Part shown: piece by piece, positions 11,968 to 22,699 of the stretch
How positions within the stretch are numbered: the stretch's first letter is position 1
How the letters are laid out: each line of letters opens with the position of its first letter
Source: Lama glama
Lineage: Eukaryota
NCBI GenBank assembly: GCA_028534125.1
Contig: CM052838.1
Location: forward strand, 62,930,001-62,994,000
Reading direction: 5' to 3'
DNA: 64,000 nt
Program-made: the position numbers and the translations under genes
Notes under the pieces: model-generated
Database searches by the model: none
Seen by the model: the letters and a program-made list of their open reading frames with translations, nothing else
What the model was told of the DNA's origin: nothing

Positions 11968-13354
11968 GGAAAGTGTTAGCAATACGACTGAGGGCTGCGC
12001 TTTCAGTGCACACACTTTGCTGCCATCCAGTCAGCCTTGCGCAGGTGCGGACGGTCTGGCCTCCTAGCTGGAGCGCCCCAGTCCATCTTCCTGCTTCAGT
12101 GTGGAATGTTGATCTGCCTTTCAACTCAGTTGGGCTGCAGGTGATGCTCCGTTTGCCTGTTCATCCTCCTCGTGGTGGCGAAATGCAAATGAAGTCGTCC
12201 CTGGTGCATCAGAGGCCTTGTAGCCACTGATGCCGTTCTCTCCCGGAGCCAGGGTCTCCCCAAACCCCAGTACCAGGGAGACGGGCTCAGGAGTGGTGCG
12301 GGCCGTGCAGGGGCCTGGCTGGTGGGCGGGACGCCGTTTCTACGAGGGTGCGTTTGTTACCAAATTAGACTGTCAGCCAGTGTCCGTGAAACTCCAGGAC
12401 AGAAGAGAAGGGATTTTTTTTTTAAAGCAGACAGAAAGTTAGAAAACAATTAGTATGCACTAATTGAGAATAATAATAATAACATTTTGAATTTGTGCCT
12501 AGAATGAGAGTTAAGGTGGGCCCCTTGCCAAACCTGGTATCTCTGGCTGCTGTCTTCAGATTGTCACGCATCCATTTTGAGAGATGACAGTGGTGCTCTG
12601 TTTTGAAACATTAATTGCTGACATTTTTTTTTGAGAGATTTTTGTAGCCTCACTTGGGCCTCTAATTTCACACAACATCTGCTATTGATGTCATCGATTT
12701 AAGTATTTAGAAACGAGAGAGGAACATAAGTGAAGAAAATAAAAATATACGTACCTCATTGCTATGGAGGGACAAGGGTTTCACTTGGACATTGGATACC
12801 TTGAGCCATCGTGTGGGTAATCAAATGCGTGCCACACTTTGCCAAGTATCCAGGGCTGTCACATCTGCTGTCACCACCTGTGATCATTTTCTTCCTCTTT
12901 TGCACTAAATAATCAATTACAAGATTCTGGGTTTTTCTCCCCTCACTCATTTATTACTGGCTCAAGACCTTGCTTCTGGTGGTGCCAGGGTGAGAGCACG
13001 AGAGCCTTTCTGCTTCAGAGGACAGGGTGAAGGATTTGTGAATCATTATTAGCTGAGCTCCGGGTGAACACAGCCATTGACAAGGTTCTTGAATATCTGT
13101 TGGGAGAATGGTTTCAAAAATGTAGAAACTCATAAAACTTAATGCTGATGAAGGCTTAGGGTTGAGCCAGGTTCTCTGAGCTACTGTGGGGAGTGTAACA
13201 TTGTCACGGACCTTCTGGACATAATTTGGTATATGCACCTCTTTAATGTTTAACTCAATATTTCCTGTTCTAGAAAGCTGTCCTAAGAAAATGTGCAGCA
13301 CCTAGCACATTCTAGAGTCTCAAACTCAGTTAACTGAATGAAAATGTAAAGAAT

Positions 13355-13380
13355 TATATATATATGTTACATAATTGTTT

Positions 13381-13427
<47 letters not shown>

Positions 13428-13428
13428 G
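13355..13428. repeat. (TA)n-rich microsatellite
   Basis: Read directly. Confidence 0.9.
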
Positions 13429-13429
13429 C

Positions 13430-13725
13430 ATTAACCCCTGCCAAAGGAAGCAACCTAAGTGTTCAGTAAAAGGGGAATCATTACATGATAATGGAGTATT
13501 ATGCAGTCATGAAAAAGAGCCATACTGAGTTTCTAGTGGGGCTGATACAATTTCCAATGGTACTGTACTGATAAAACGTTAAGTTAAAAAGGAAGAGTAT
13601 ACAACTCTGTGTACTGTAACCTCAAGATACATGTGCATGGAAGAGAGAAGAGTGGTGAAATCACAGATGATTCTTATTCTTTAGACCATTCTGTACTTTA
13701 AAAAATTTCCACAGTGAGCACACGG
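13430..13725 (+). mobile_element. Old L1 (L1ME-like) 3' fragment
   Basis: ggaagcaacctaagtgttcagtaaaaggggaat..ataatggagtattatgcagtcatgaaaaag; ends tttaaaaaatttccacagtgagca. Confidence 0.7.
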
Positions 13726-13741
13726 TCTATAGGTGTGTATT

Positions 13742-13769
13742 TGTGTGTGTGTGTGTGTGTGTGTGTGTG
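13742..13769. repeat. (TG)14 microsatellite
   Basis: Read directly. Confidence 0.98.
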
Positions 13770-16700
13770 ATAACATAACATTTTAAACATACATGCAGAA
13801 AGTAAAATACTCTTCACAAAGTTCTCATTATACTGGGCAGTGTAAAAGATATCAAGTCCTCTGTTATTTTCAGGTCTGTCCTTATTAACAGCTGCTAGAT
13901 TTTTCTTAGACAGAAGGTAGGCACCGTAGCTGATGGTCCTTGTGATATACACCTGATCCTAGTTGCATGTAAGGCAAATAGGAAATAGGATCAAAATACT
14001 GTCTGGTCCTGTTGGGTATCTTAACAGGTGCAGCCTGAGGTCAGGTTGGGCCAGCAGAGCCATTCACAGAAGTCTTTGGCATAAGATAAACTTGGGATGG
14101 AAGCTATCTCTGATGTAGGGGGGTGTGCTCCAACCTTAGGTGTTGAACATTGTCAGGAAGCTCCTCATAGATGCTACGTATCAGGCTCCACCCTGACCTA
14201 CTGCATCATTACCTGCTATCAGTAAGATCCCCGGGGAGCCCTGAGGATAATGCCACTGAAGAAGGTGCCTTGGGAGGATGGATGGCAGGACTTGGAACCC
14301 TGGGAAGAGTGATGTGTGTGCAGCCCCTCTTTCTGAGGAGGGGAGTTGGCGGTCACGGTGATTGCCTTTCTGTAGGCGGCAGGAATAAGCTTCACCAGGT
14401 GTGTGCAACCTGCATCAGACCTGTTGGGGGGATGTGCGATTCAGAGTTCACTGAGTTGGTCATGAAGTGAAGTCTGGTTGAGGGGACCCAGGGGAGAGCC
14501 GAATAATCCTGAACATCCCTTCGAGGGGTGTGTGGCTCCAGAACCCGAGCTGCAAAGGCGAGCGCCTCAGAGGGCGGAGCCGCTGGAATTTGTTGGCGGG
14601 CCTGCTTGCCTCAGGATGATGAAACTGGCTCAGCTTCATATTTTTTTTCTAAAGAAAGAAGTTGACAAACTCTGCCCAGTGGGAGTTTCATGTGCCCATC
14701 AGCCAGGAGTCAGCTGAGCCCTCATCCCTTTAATTTGAGGTTTCTCCTTAGACAGCCCCTGTCGGATGCCCCGTGTGTCTGACCACATGCAGCAAACCCA
14801 TCTGTGGATCCAAGGCAAGCTGGGGGGTAGCCGCCACCTGTCCTCAGACCCGTGCTGGTTCCAGTAGACGAAAGCCAGAGAACAAGAACGGTCTGCGAGC
14901 CTTTTACAAGGAATGAGCGGACTCCATCTAAGGGCAGAACGTCAGCGATACTAAGAGCTTCCTTTTCGCTTTTGACATTATTTTTTTCTTTTCCGATGAT
15001 GACTTAGTTTTCTTTGAATGTTCCTGGCTCAAAAAGAGTGTGAGTTAGGTACCTACCCTCTTTGACTTTTTGCTCAGGTCTGTCTGAGGGGCCTGTGTTT
15101 TTAAAGAAGTTGATGTTTCATCCTGTTGGAGACCCGGTCCAGGCTCCGGGCACAGAACCGCTTGCTCGGGGAGCGACGTGTCCACATTCCTTCCTAGAAG
15201 GTTAACTTGTGTCAATAGTGTTCTAACTCAGCCCTCACCAAGTACACCCACCACCACCCTCACCCCGGACATCATCAGCCAGAAACCCCTCCAGGGCAAG
15301 CTGAAACTTGACCTGTTTCTAACTGACTTAAACAACAGAAGCCACACACTGTCTTCCATTAACTCTTGGAATCTAGAATCAGCAGCGGGGGTGGGGTGTC
15401 GCTGGAACCCAAAGCGGTATCAGTAGTTCTGGCCCAAACACTCCTCCACCCCATGCTTGCTGGAAGTCTGAACCCCTCCAGGAGGACAGCACATCAGGGC
15501 TGGGGGCTCGAGGCCAGCTTTGTTGGCCACCCCTCCCAGTTCTCGCTTCTGCCCTCCCTGAGTCACTCTGGTTTGGACGGGGTCACTATCCTGCACACAG
15601 CTGTCTCCATCTGCACCTCCTTTCCCCTCATCTCTGCTCACTCTCCCCACCCAGCCTCCCCGGAGCCTCCGACTCCGCCCACAGGGACTCACAGATGCCT
15701 TCTAGTGCCCGTGATCATACGGCTCTCACCCTGGGACACTACTGTTAGCAAGGAATTACCTGCGACACTTCGCCCCTGACCAAAAAGGAAAAAAAAGAAG
15801 TTTGAATTAGTGGTTGTCACCTGGGCCTGGGGCCTGGAAGCTGTGAATCCTGCAGGCCTGGCCGTGGCCTGTCGGAGCCCAGCGAAGTGAGCAGTGGTTC
15901 ATGCCTGACTCTGCCTGGAGCTGGGCTGGCTGGGCGCGGCAAGGTCTGGGTCCCCGACCGCATTGGACCGTCCCAGGTGTGGATGAGCGGACCCGCTGTC
16001 CACAAGGGCTGTGTGTGGTTCCCGTAGGTCTGGAGGGAGACCTGGATCCCGGACGGACGCGGCCTCTGCATTTAGGCTTTGGTTTTCCGAGGGCAGGGCC
16101 GGCGGTCTCACTGGCACCTTTGCCTGATGCTCAGAGCTGCTCATAACCTTTTCCAGTCACACAGGCTTCTGTGTGGGAGGCGCTCCTCATCCCTCAGTGT
16201 CCCCGTCACAGAGAATAATGTCACGGCACAGCACACCGCCCCGGGCAGAGCCAGGAGCCCGCCCGGCGTTTCAGAGCCTGGCTCCTGCCGGTCCCACCCC
16301 TTCTCCCTGGGTAGGCCTTTGTTACCCCGGGGTCTCCATTTCCATTGTGCTCGTGGCACAGACAGAAGAAGGGAAGACCTGTAACTTGAATCACAAACAC
16401 CTTGACATTTTGTTCCAGCGTGTCCCCGAGGCTCATGCCAGGGAACAAGACAGCCCGTTCGGATATCTTAGCAGGTGGCGTCTGCGGTGCCTGAGGGCCC
16501 GCGTTGTGTGGGAGCAGAGATGGATTCCGCTGGTGGCTGTTAGGGCCTGTCCTCAGAACTAGGTCCTGCGGATAAAGAGGGGGACTAACAGCAAGTGAGG
16601 CGGACACATGAGTGCTTAGTGTGCGATTCGTAAGTGTGCGTAAAAATGCTCCGGAAATATAAGGGGAAGCAAACTGACTCAGGCAGGAGGTGCAGAGGCG

Positions 16701-17299
16701 GGGAAAACGGCCTCTGGAGCGTAGGGTTGTGCTGGGCTGGGCCGGCTTGCGCTGCAGTGACGGGCCGGCCCACATCTCCGTGGCTTGAACTGTAAAGGCT
16801 ATTTGTTCATCTACAAACGAGGAAAGGAGGCTCGCCTTGCTGAGGTGTGCTGGGTCCAAGAGGACAGTTATTTAGGAATGACTGACGTGTTTCCTGGTGT
16901 AATGATATCTCTTGCCAGAACACCTTTGCTCGAGTGCCTGTGGGGCACTGGGTCCCAAGAGCAGACGCTTAAGACAATAAAGCCAGCCTCCTGCAGGGCG
17001 AAGGGTGGCAGGGAAAACGACCCCAGATCACAGTGCACTTTCAAGTGGGGAGGGGCCCTGAGGGTCACAGCTGGTCTTATGTGCCCCTTGTCCCTGCCCT
17101 GTCAAACTTTCGGCAGATTTTGTGGCCAGCATGAGTTCTGAGAGCTCAGTGGGTAAGAGGATGTGCTGCCAGGGGAGATGGGCTGAACTTGAGACCCCCC
17201 CACCCCTCCAGAGATGCATTCAGTTAAACCACCTGAGCTCCTTAATCTTAGTCTTGAGTGAAGGAAGCTGCATTGGGCCAGTGAGCTAGTTTGGAGTGA

Positions 17300-17592
17300 C
17301 AAATAGCTGAAACTGATCAGCTCATGACAGTGGAAGTTGGCTTCTTGCCCATGTGACAGTCTTGAGAGGGTGCCTTGGATAGCCAGATGTGACCTCTAGG
17401 GGAGGGCTGTACCTCGGCAGCTCCATGTCTGGGCACGGAGGTCACATCCGACCGGAAGGAGCCAAGCGCAGAGGAACACAGAACACAGGTTTATTGCCAA
17501 GCCCAGATGTCGCCCGCTGGGCTCATGTTCCACAGCAGACACAGAGTCACATGGCTGCACCGACGTGTAAGAGGGGCCGGGAAATGTAGCCT
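17300..17592 (-). mobile_element. Old MaLR LTR (MLT1J/K-like)
   Basis: gctcatgttccacagcagacacagagtcacatggctgcacc..aagaggggccgggaaatgtagcc. Confidence 0.55.
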
Positions 17593-18339
17593 CAAATGTG
17601 CCAAAGAAGGGGCAATATTGGAGCCTTGTGAGGGGCACCTGGACCGAAAGGGCTTCATCAAAGTCACAGGCTATTCTGGAATCATTTCTTTCTTCCCTGC
17701 TTGTCTAGGAAAATAGTGAGCTGGACCATTCACGGCAGACAGACAGAACATGGAATCATCAAGAATGCTGCCGAGATTAGGGTGAGCACGTTCCCGTTGG
17801 AACCAGGCCATGTGTCTGCTCACGAAAGCCACATTCCACAGGAAGCGGTCATCACTTCCCAAGAGCAAATGCACCCCCGGAGACTGAGCGCCACCTCTGC
17901 CCTCTGGGGCGCCTCATCCACATCCGGGCAAGCAGAGGGCAACGCCTCCTCGATCCTGTGGTCACCCCTGCCAATGCCAGTGTGCAGGGCTGGTGCAGGG
18001 CTCCTGGAATCTGCAGGGACTCAGCACCATGTCGCCGACTCCAGCCACTCCCCGTTGTCCACACCAGAGCCCATCTGGCCTGTCAGAGGAGCCACTTGAC
18101 CATAAATCCACTTCGTGGAGTACAAACTTCTTCTCATACTAGCTGACAGTCATCAGTGCTTGACTTTCTATCCAGTGATTCCATGAACAGGTGTCTTTAC
18201 AGAGCAACAGGAATCACTGTATTTGTTGAATCTACTTGGGTTTACTTTAAAATATTGGTTGTATGCATGGGGACGCAGCTGGGCTTGGGGTCTTGCTGCC
18301 TGTGGCTTGCCTCTGGAGGTCCGCCAACGGCCCCCCGTG

Positions 18340-18640
18340 TGACATCGCCCAGCCGACTAATTACGGCTGAGACGGCAAGTACCACAGCGCTACCTGACTC
18401 TGTCTGTGTTCCCACTTGTCTAACATCATCCGTATTCCATTGAACATAATCACGTAAGGTAGAATGTGTTTAAACTGCTAAAGGACTGGGTCATTGACTT
18501 TAACAATGTTCTCAATACAACATTTAATTACTGTGCAAGCTCTTCTTCAAGGGCGCATTTCCAGGGATCCGCTGGAATTATGTTAAGTGTACTTCGGCAG
18601 ACAGTAATGCATGAAACAGCTCTTTCATAATTTAGGAGAA
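18340..18640. promoter_or_regulatory. Candidate conserved non-coding element
   Basis: Repeat-free AT-shifted island in GC-rich context; CTAATTAC, TTTAATTAC, AACAAT (SOX), TGTTTAAAC, TAATGCAT, TCATAATTT. Confidence 0.4.
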
Positions 18641-19615
18641 GAACACGGTGCTTCTATGGTGAAGAGGAAGAGGCAGGTGGCCCTGCACGCACACACAGGC
18701 ATACAGCCATGCTGACAGCAGTCCCGCGCCACTGGGAGGCATTCAGCGATGCTCGGGAGAAGATGCGGGTGCCCTGGCAGCAGGTGGTACCAAGTTGTGC
18801 AGCACCGGGGCTGGACACCACGGGGAGCACCCTGGAGGGAAGGGCTCCAGTGGAAGGGGCTGCTGCTCTTTCTGGGAAGAACCTGAGGAACCCAGGCCAC
18901 CCTTCTAGGCAAGAGAGGGATGCTGAGCTGGCCCATCAAGAGCCCCGTGTGGGGCTTGGTGGGGACACATTCAGTCTGGGGAGACTGAGCAGAGTTTAAC
19001 AATGGGACTGTTTGCCTGTTGTGGGTGGGACATCAGGGAACCTAGGGACAGCGACGTACCTCTGGGCTGGTCGCCAGGGTCATGGCCACCCTTAGACTGG
19101 GGTGCAGGGAAAGTGGCCAACAGAACTGGAGAGAGAATGTCACGGAGAGGACGGCCCGACAGAAGCTGTGCCTGATGGTGGAGGGAGGCCTCCCTCCATG
19201 GCGACCTGACAGCGGGGAGGCTGGGGGCCCCACTCCTCCTGCACCTCTGAGTCTCCTGCAGGGCTCCTCCTGGGTGAGCCCCACTAGGAGCTGAAGGAGC
19301 CCGGGATGCATCCAGGCTGGTCTGCCTCCCGGGCACCGGGCAGGGGGTCGGGTGGGGGAGGAGAAATGAGGCTGGCGTGATGGGGAGGGAACAAGAGGCC
19401 TGATCAGAGGGCAGCGGGCGCTGAGCCTCGGGGGAGTTCACACTCTGCCTTGCAGCCCAGGGAGACGCTGCAGAGCTGAGCAGCAGGAGGCGGGGCTCAG
19501 CCCTGCCAGTGGCGAGAACAGGAAAGGGCCTTGAAGTGGAAAGAAACTCAGTGAAAGGTGGTTGTGATGATCTGTTTCCACTGTCAATGCTGAGAAGGTG
19601 GGAGTGGGTGGGTCT

Positions 19616-20133
19616 TGTATTCGTTACCTAGTGCTGTGTGACAGTATTACTACAATCTTAACAGCTCAAAATGGTTTATTAAACCTCACAGGTTCTGTTC
19701 ATCCAAAGTGAGACAGAGCTTAGCTGGGCTCTACTGCGGGTGTTGGTGCCAGGACTGTGTTCTCATCCGAAGGCTCAGCTGGGGACGTTTCTGCTTCCAA
19801 AATCATGTTTGTTGGTAGCATTCATTCTCTTGCAGTGGAAGGACTGAGACCCTAAGTTTCTGGCTGGCTGGAGACCACCCTCGGAGACTTGCAGTGTGGC
19901 TCTCTCTGTAGGTCATCTCACAAAGCCAGCAAGGGAGAGCGTGTCCCAGCAAGGCCAAGGCTACAACGATATGCAACATAGTCGTGTGTTCATAAGCCCA
20001 GGTTTCCGGTCACTTTGCCGTGTTCTGCTGGCTGCAAGTAAGTCACAGGTTCCCCCACATCCCAGGGGTGGGGAGGGGTCCTACACAAGGGTGTGAACAC
20101 CATCAGGGAGAACCGTGGAGTCTGCCCACCACA
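19616..20133 (-). mobile_element. MaLR solo LTR (MLT1E/F-like)
   Basis: tgtattcgttacctagtgctgtgtgaca..gaaggctcagctgggga..ctgcttccaa..gtctgcccaccaca; TG..CA ends. Confidence 0.8.
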
Positions 20134-20269
20134 GGCCCCAAGACACACGCCAAGGGTTGTCATTAAAAACAAACAAACAAACACAAAACAAAAACTGAAC
20201 ACCCAATATAAGCTTTTATGTGTGTGTGTGTCTAAATCTTCTCTTTTTTCTTCAAAAAAGGAGAGTCAT

Positions 20270-21030
20270 GTAAGGATTTCAGTTGCATGCAGGGCCTGTT
20301 GGTTTGAAGTACATTATTTCCCTAAGTTGTGGCATCAGAATCCAATTATGTTTCCCTAAGAAAAAGAGCCATGCAAAAATCCCCAAAGTATATTTGAGAC
20401 CCCCCTGGGGTTTCCACTGGCTTCAGTAAGAGAAACAGTCACTTCAGAAACTGAAATTTTATTCCATAGACATGGCTTTTGATGGGAACTTGTGGTAAAA
20501 GAGAGGTTTTTATATTACAAAAATAATTTTTTTTTAGGTTTGCAGCCAAATGACAACAGAAAAAAATTAAAAATCTTCAAGTAACTTACAAAACTCCCTG
20601 AAATACATCTGTGAACCTCCGGCCTTGGACACTATTATGAGAAATGTTATTTCAACCATTAATCTCACTGTGCACAATTCTAATAATGTCAGATTTATAG
20701 AGATCATAACATTTATGTTTTAGGATATGTAAAGAGAATTGTGAACAAGTTGATTTTTGGCTTACAGCGTTGTCCAGGTTGAACCACAAGTAGACCACGG
20801 GAAAAAATGTAGATAGTAACTAGATATTTTGCTAGTTGTTTTAAAACTGAATTTCAAGCATCTGTCTACATGCTTTTATGTAACTAGACACCAGGGCAAT
20901 TAGTTGACCCTCTAATTTTTTCAGCTTCATCTGAACTTTTTAATAAAACATACTCATTATTTTCTCAGCTATTTGATTCACACATCTGCAAGGCGCATGA
21001 GTTAAACATGTTAACTGTGATAAATAGAAG
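20270..21030. promoter_or_regulatory. AT-rich non-repetitive block, candidate CNE
   Basis: No recognisable TE; CCAATTATG, CATTAATC, TAATAATGTCAG, GATTTATAG, CAATTAG, CTAATT. Confidence 0.3.
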
Positions 21031-21649
21031 AGAAGAGAAGCAGCAGGTGTTCCCTCCCAGGTCCCGCAAACAACCTGATCCTTTAAACGGCTGCAGCGTT
21101 TTGGCTGCCACTAGGCCAGATTACAGGCTCTGCACGGCGACCCTGCCGGGGCGTTGTCTCTGAAAGGTCCGCCAAGTATGTGGCGCTTTGTCCTGGGAAG
21201 TCTGGGGAGATGGGGGTGACCCTGCCACTCCCTGGCCAGCTGGAACCCAGACAGATTCCCAGGCAACTCTGAGGTCGAGGGAAAGGGACGTACTTGGGAA
21301 GAGAGCTTGCTTGTCTGGAAGAGAGGAGGCACTCACCTGCCCAGCCCAGGGACGAGGGCCGCAGGAGGGCGGGCCGGGTTGCCAGGGCCCAGGGCACCAG
21401 CTCCCTTGCGCCAGGAGCCCCTGGAGCTCCTTCCTCCGTGCGCTGGCAGGCCCACCTTCTGTGACTTCAGAGCATCTGATCCTTTCCTTCTCAAACCTTT
21501 GCATGTCGACTTGAGAGAACCAGTTGAAACAAACCTGAGGGAGACGGCTAACCAAAGAGCGTTTTAATTACTTGTCTGCATTTAGACCCACTCGGAGAGC
21601 TGTCCAGAGGGCCTGTTGGAGCGAAAGGCTCCATGTGGTGCCTTTGAAG

Positions 21650-22150
21650 ACCTGCAGTTTTGCTGGCTTTTCTAGAGATTTCTCTTTATTTTACCTCTTT
21701 GGGATTATCTTGACCTCCTGACTCTGTGGATTAGGGTTTCTACTGGTTCTGGAAAATTCTCGCTTATGATCTGGTCAAATAAATATTTCCTACTCTGCCT
21801 TCTCCTCTCTCTGGGGTTCTGACCACATATACGTGCGGCTGTCGAACTTTGTTCCCCACGCGCCGGACCCTCCCTTCCGAGCTCTGTGTGTCTTTCCTGG
21901 GTCTGTGCTGAGCTCTGGACGTTGGGGTCTCGTTTTCTGCTGGCTCACGGGCTTTCTCGGTCATTGTCCGTTCTTCTGCCAAGTGTGTCCGTCGGTTTTG
22001 TTAAACTTTCAGTCACTGTGGCTTCCATTTCTAGAAACTCTGTGGTCCTGTCTTGAACCTGCCACGTCACCTCTTCCTGTTTTTCATTCTCTGCAGATTT
22101 CAAGCCTGTGGCTTATTTCTCGTGCCTGTCTGAAGTTCAACAGCCAGGTC
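21650..22150 (-). mobile_element. Old L1 ORF1 fragment
   Basis: ORF 21764-21982(-) ..NKVRQPHVYVVRTPERGE.. resembles the L1 ORF1 RxxNIxxxGxPExE motif; ctggaaaattctc..aaatatttc. Confidence 0.65.
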
Positions 22151-22699
22151 TGCCAGGGCGGGTTCTGCTGTTGATTGTCCCTGTTCTTTCTTGCCTAATG
22201 CCCCGTGTGGCCCGCGAACATTTACTCAGCAGTCTGTGGGACCGTGCCCTCCTGGGACAGGTGCCAGCTGGGGCCCACGTTCATGTCTGAGCTTCCCTGT
22301 CTCACCTAGGTCTGGGGCACAGCCACGCACTTGGCTGCTCTGGGGTCACAACCTCTGAGGGACAGGACGCTATTCCTGTCCCCAGGGTGCCTCTTCTGTG
22401 GTCCCCTGAGATGAGGAAGGGAAGGGCTGTGTTGGTGTTTGCCTCACACCGTCAAAAGCAGCCCACGCCCAGAAGGGCAGGCTCCGCCGAGGTCCTCAGG
22501 GTTCATAATTCCTACTTCTCTGGGTAATTCCAGAACATGATCCGGGACCTCCATTACCTTTTCAATCCTTCTCTTCTTTCAAGGGGATGGCTACTTTGTG
22601 AAGCATTTTTTATTGTTTTCAGTCGGAGCTTGTCCCAGTAATACAGCTGCCATCCTTGGTACAGGACCTTCCCTGTTGACTGATAGACTTTAGGTTCTG

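Larger units (their letters stand above)
11978..14149 (-). pseudogene. Fossil Kolobok-superfamily (THAP + DDD) transposase gene, frameshifted, one intron retained
   Basis: Colinear minus-strand peptides: THAP-like 14149-13909; RTWLNPKP 13175-13152; LSMAVFTRSS 13083-13054; HHQKQGLEPVINE 12984-12946; GGDSRCDSPGYLAKCGTH 12878-12825; HSNE 12766-12755; INSRCCVKLEA from 12689; TEHHCHLSKWMRDN 12601-12560; DTR..LARG 12541-12520; weaker RLH/AFRHHEED.EQA ~12197-12154 and PHLRKADWMAAK 12050-12015. Confidence 0.8.

Noticed and set aside
13770-13860. Possible Kolobok zinc-finger lead-in (NFVKSILLSAC versus IVxExxLLxLFxxC)
   Set aside because: Similarity is too weak and the segment abuts a microsatellite.
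9850-14300. Kolobok terminal inverted repeats and TTAA target-site duplication
   Set aside because: I could not find a convincing TIR pair or TSD by eye, so the element boundaries are undefined.
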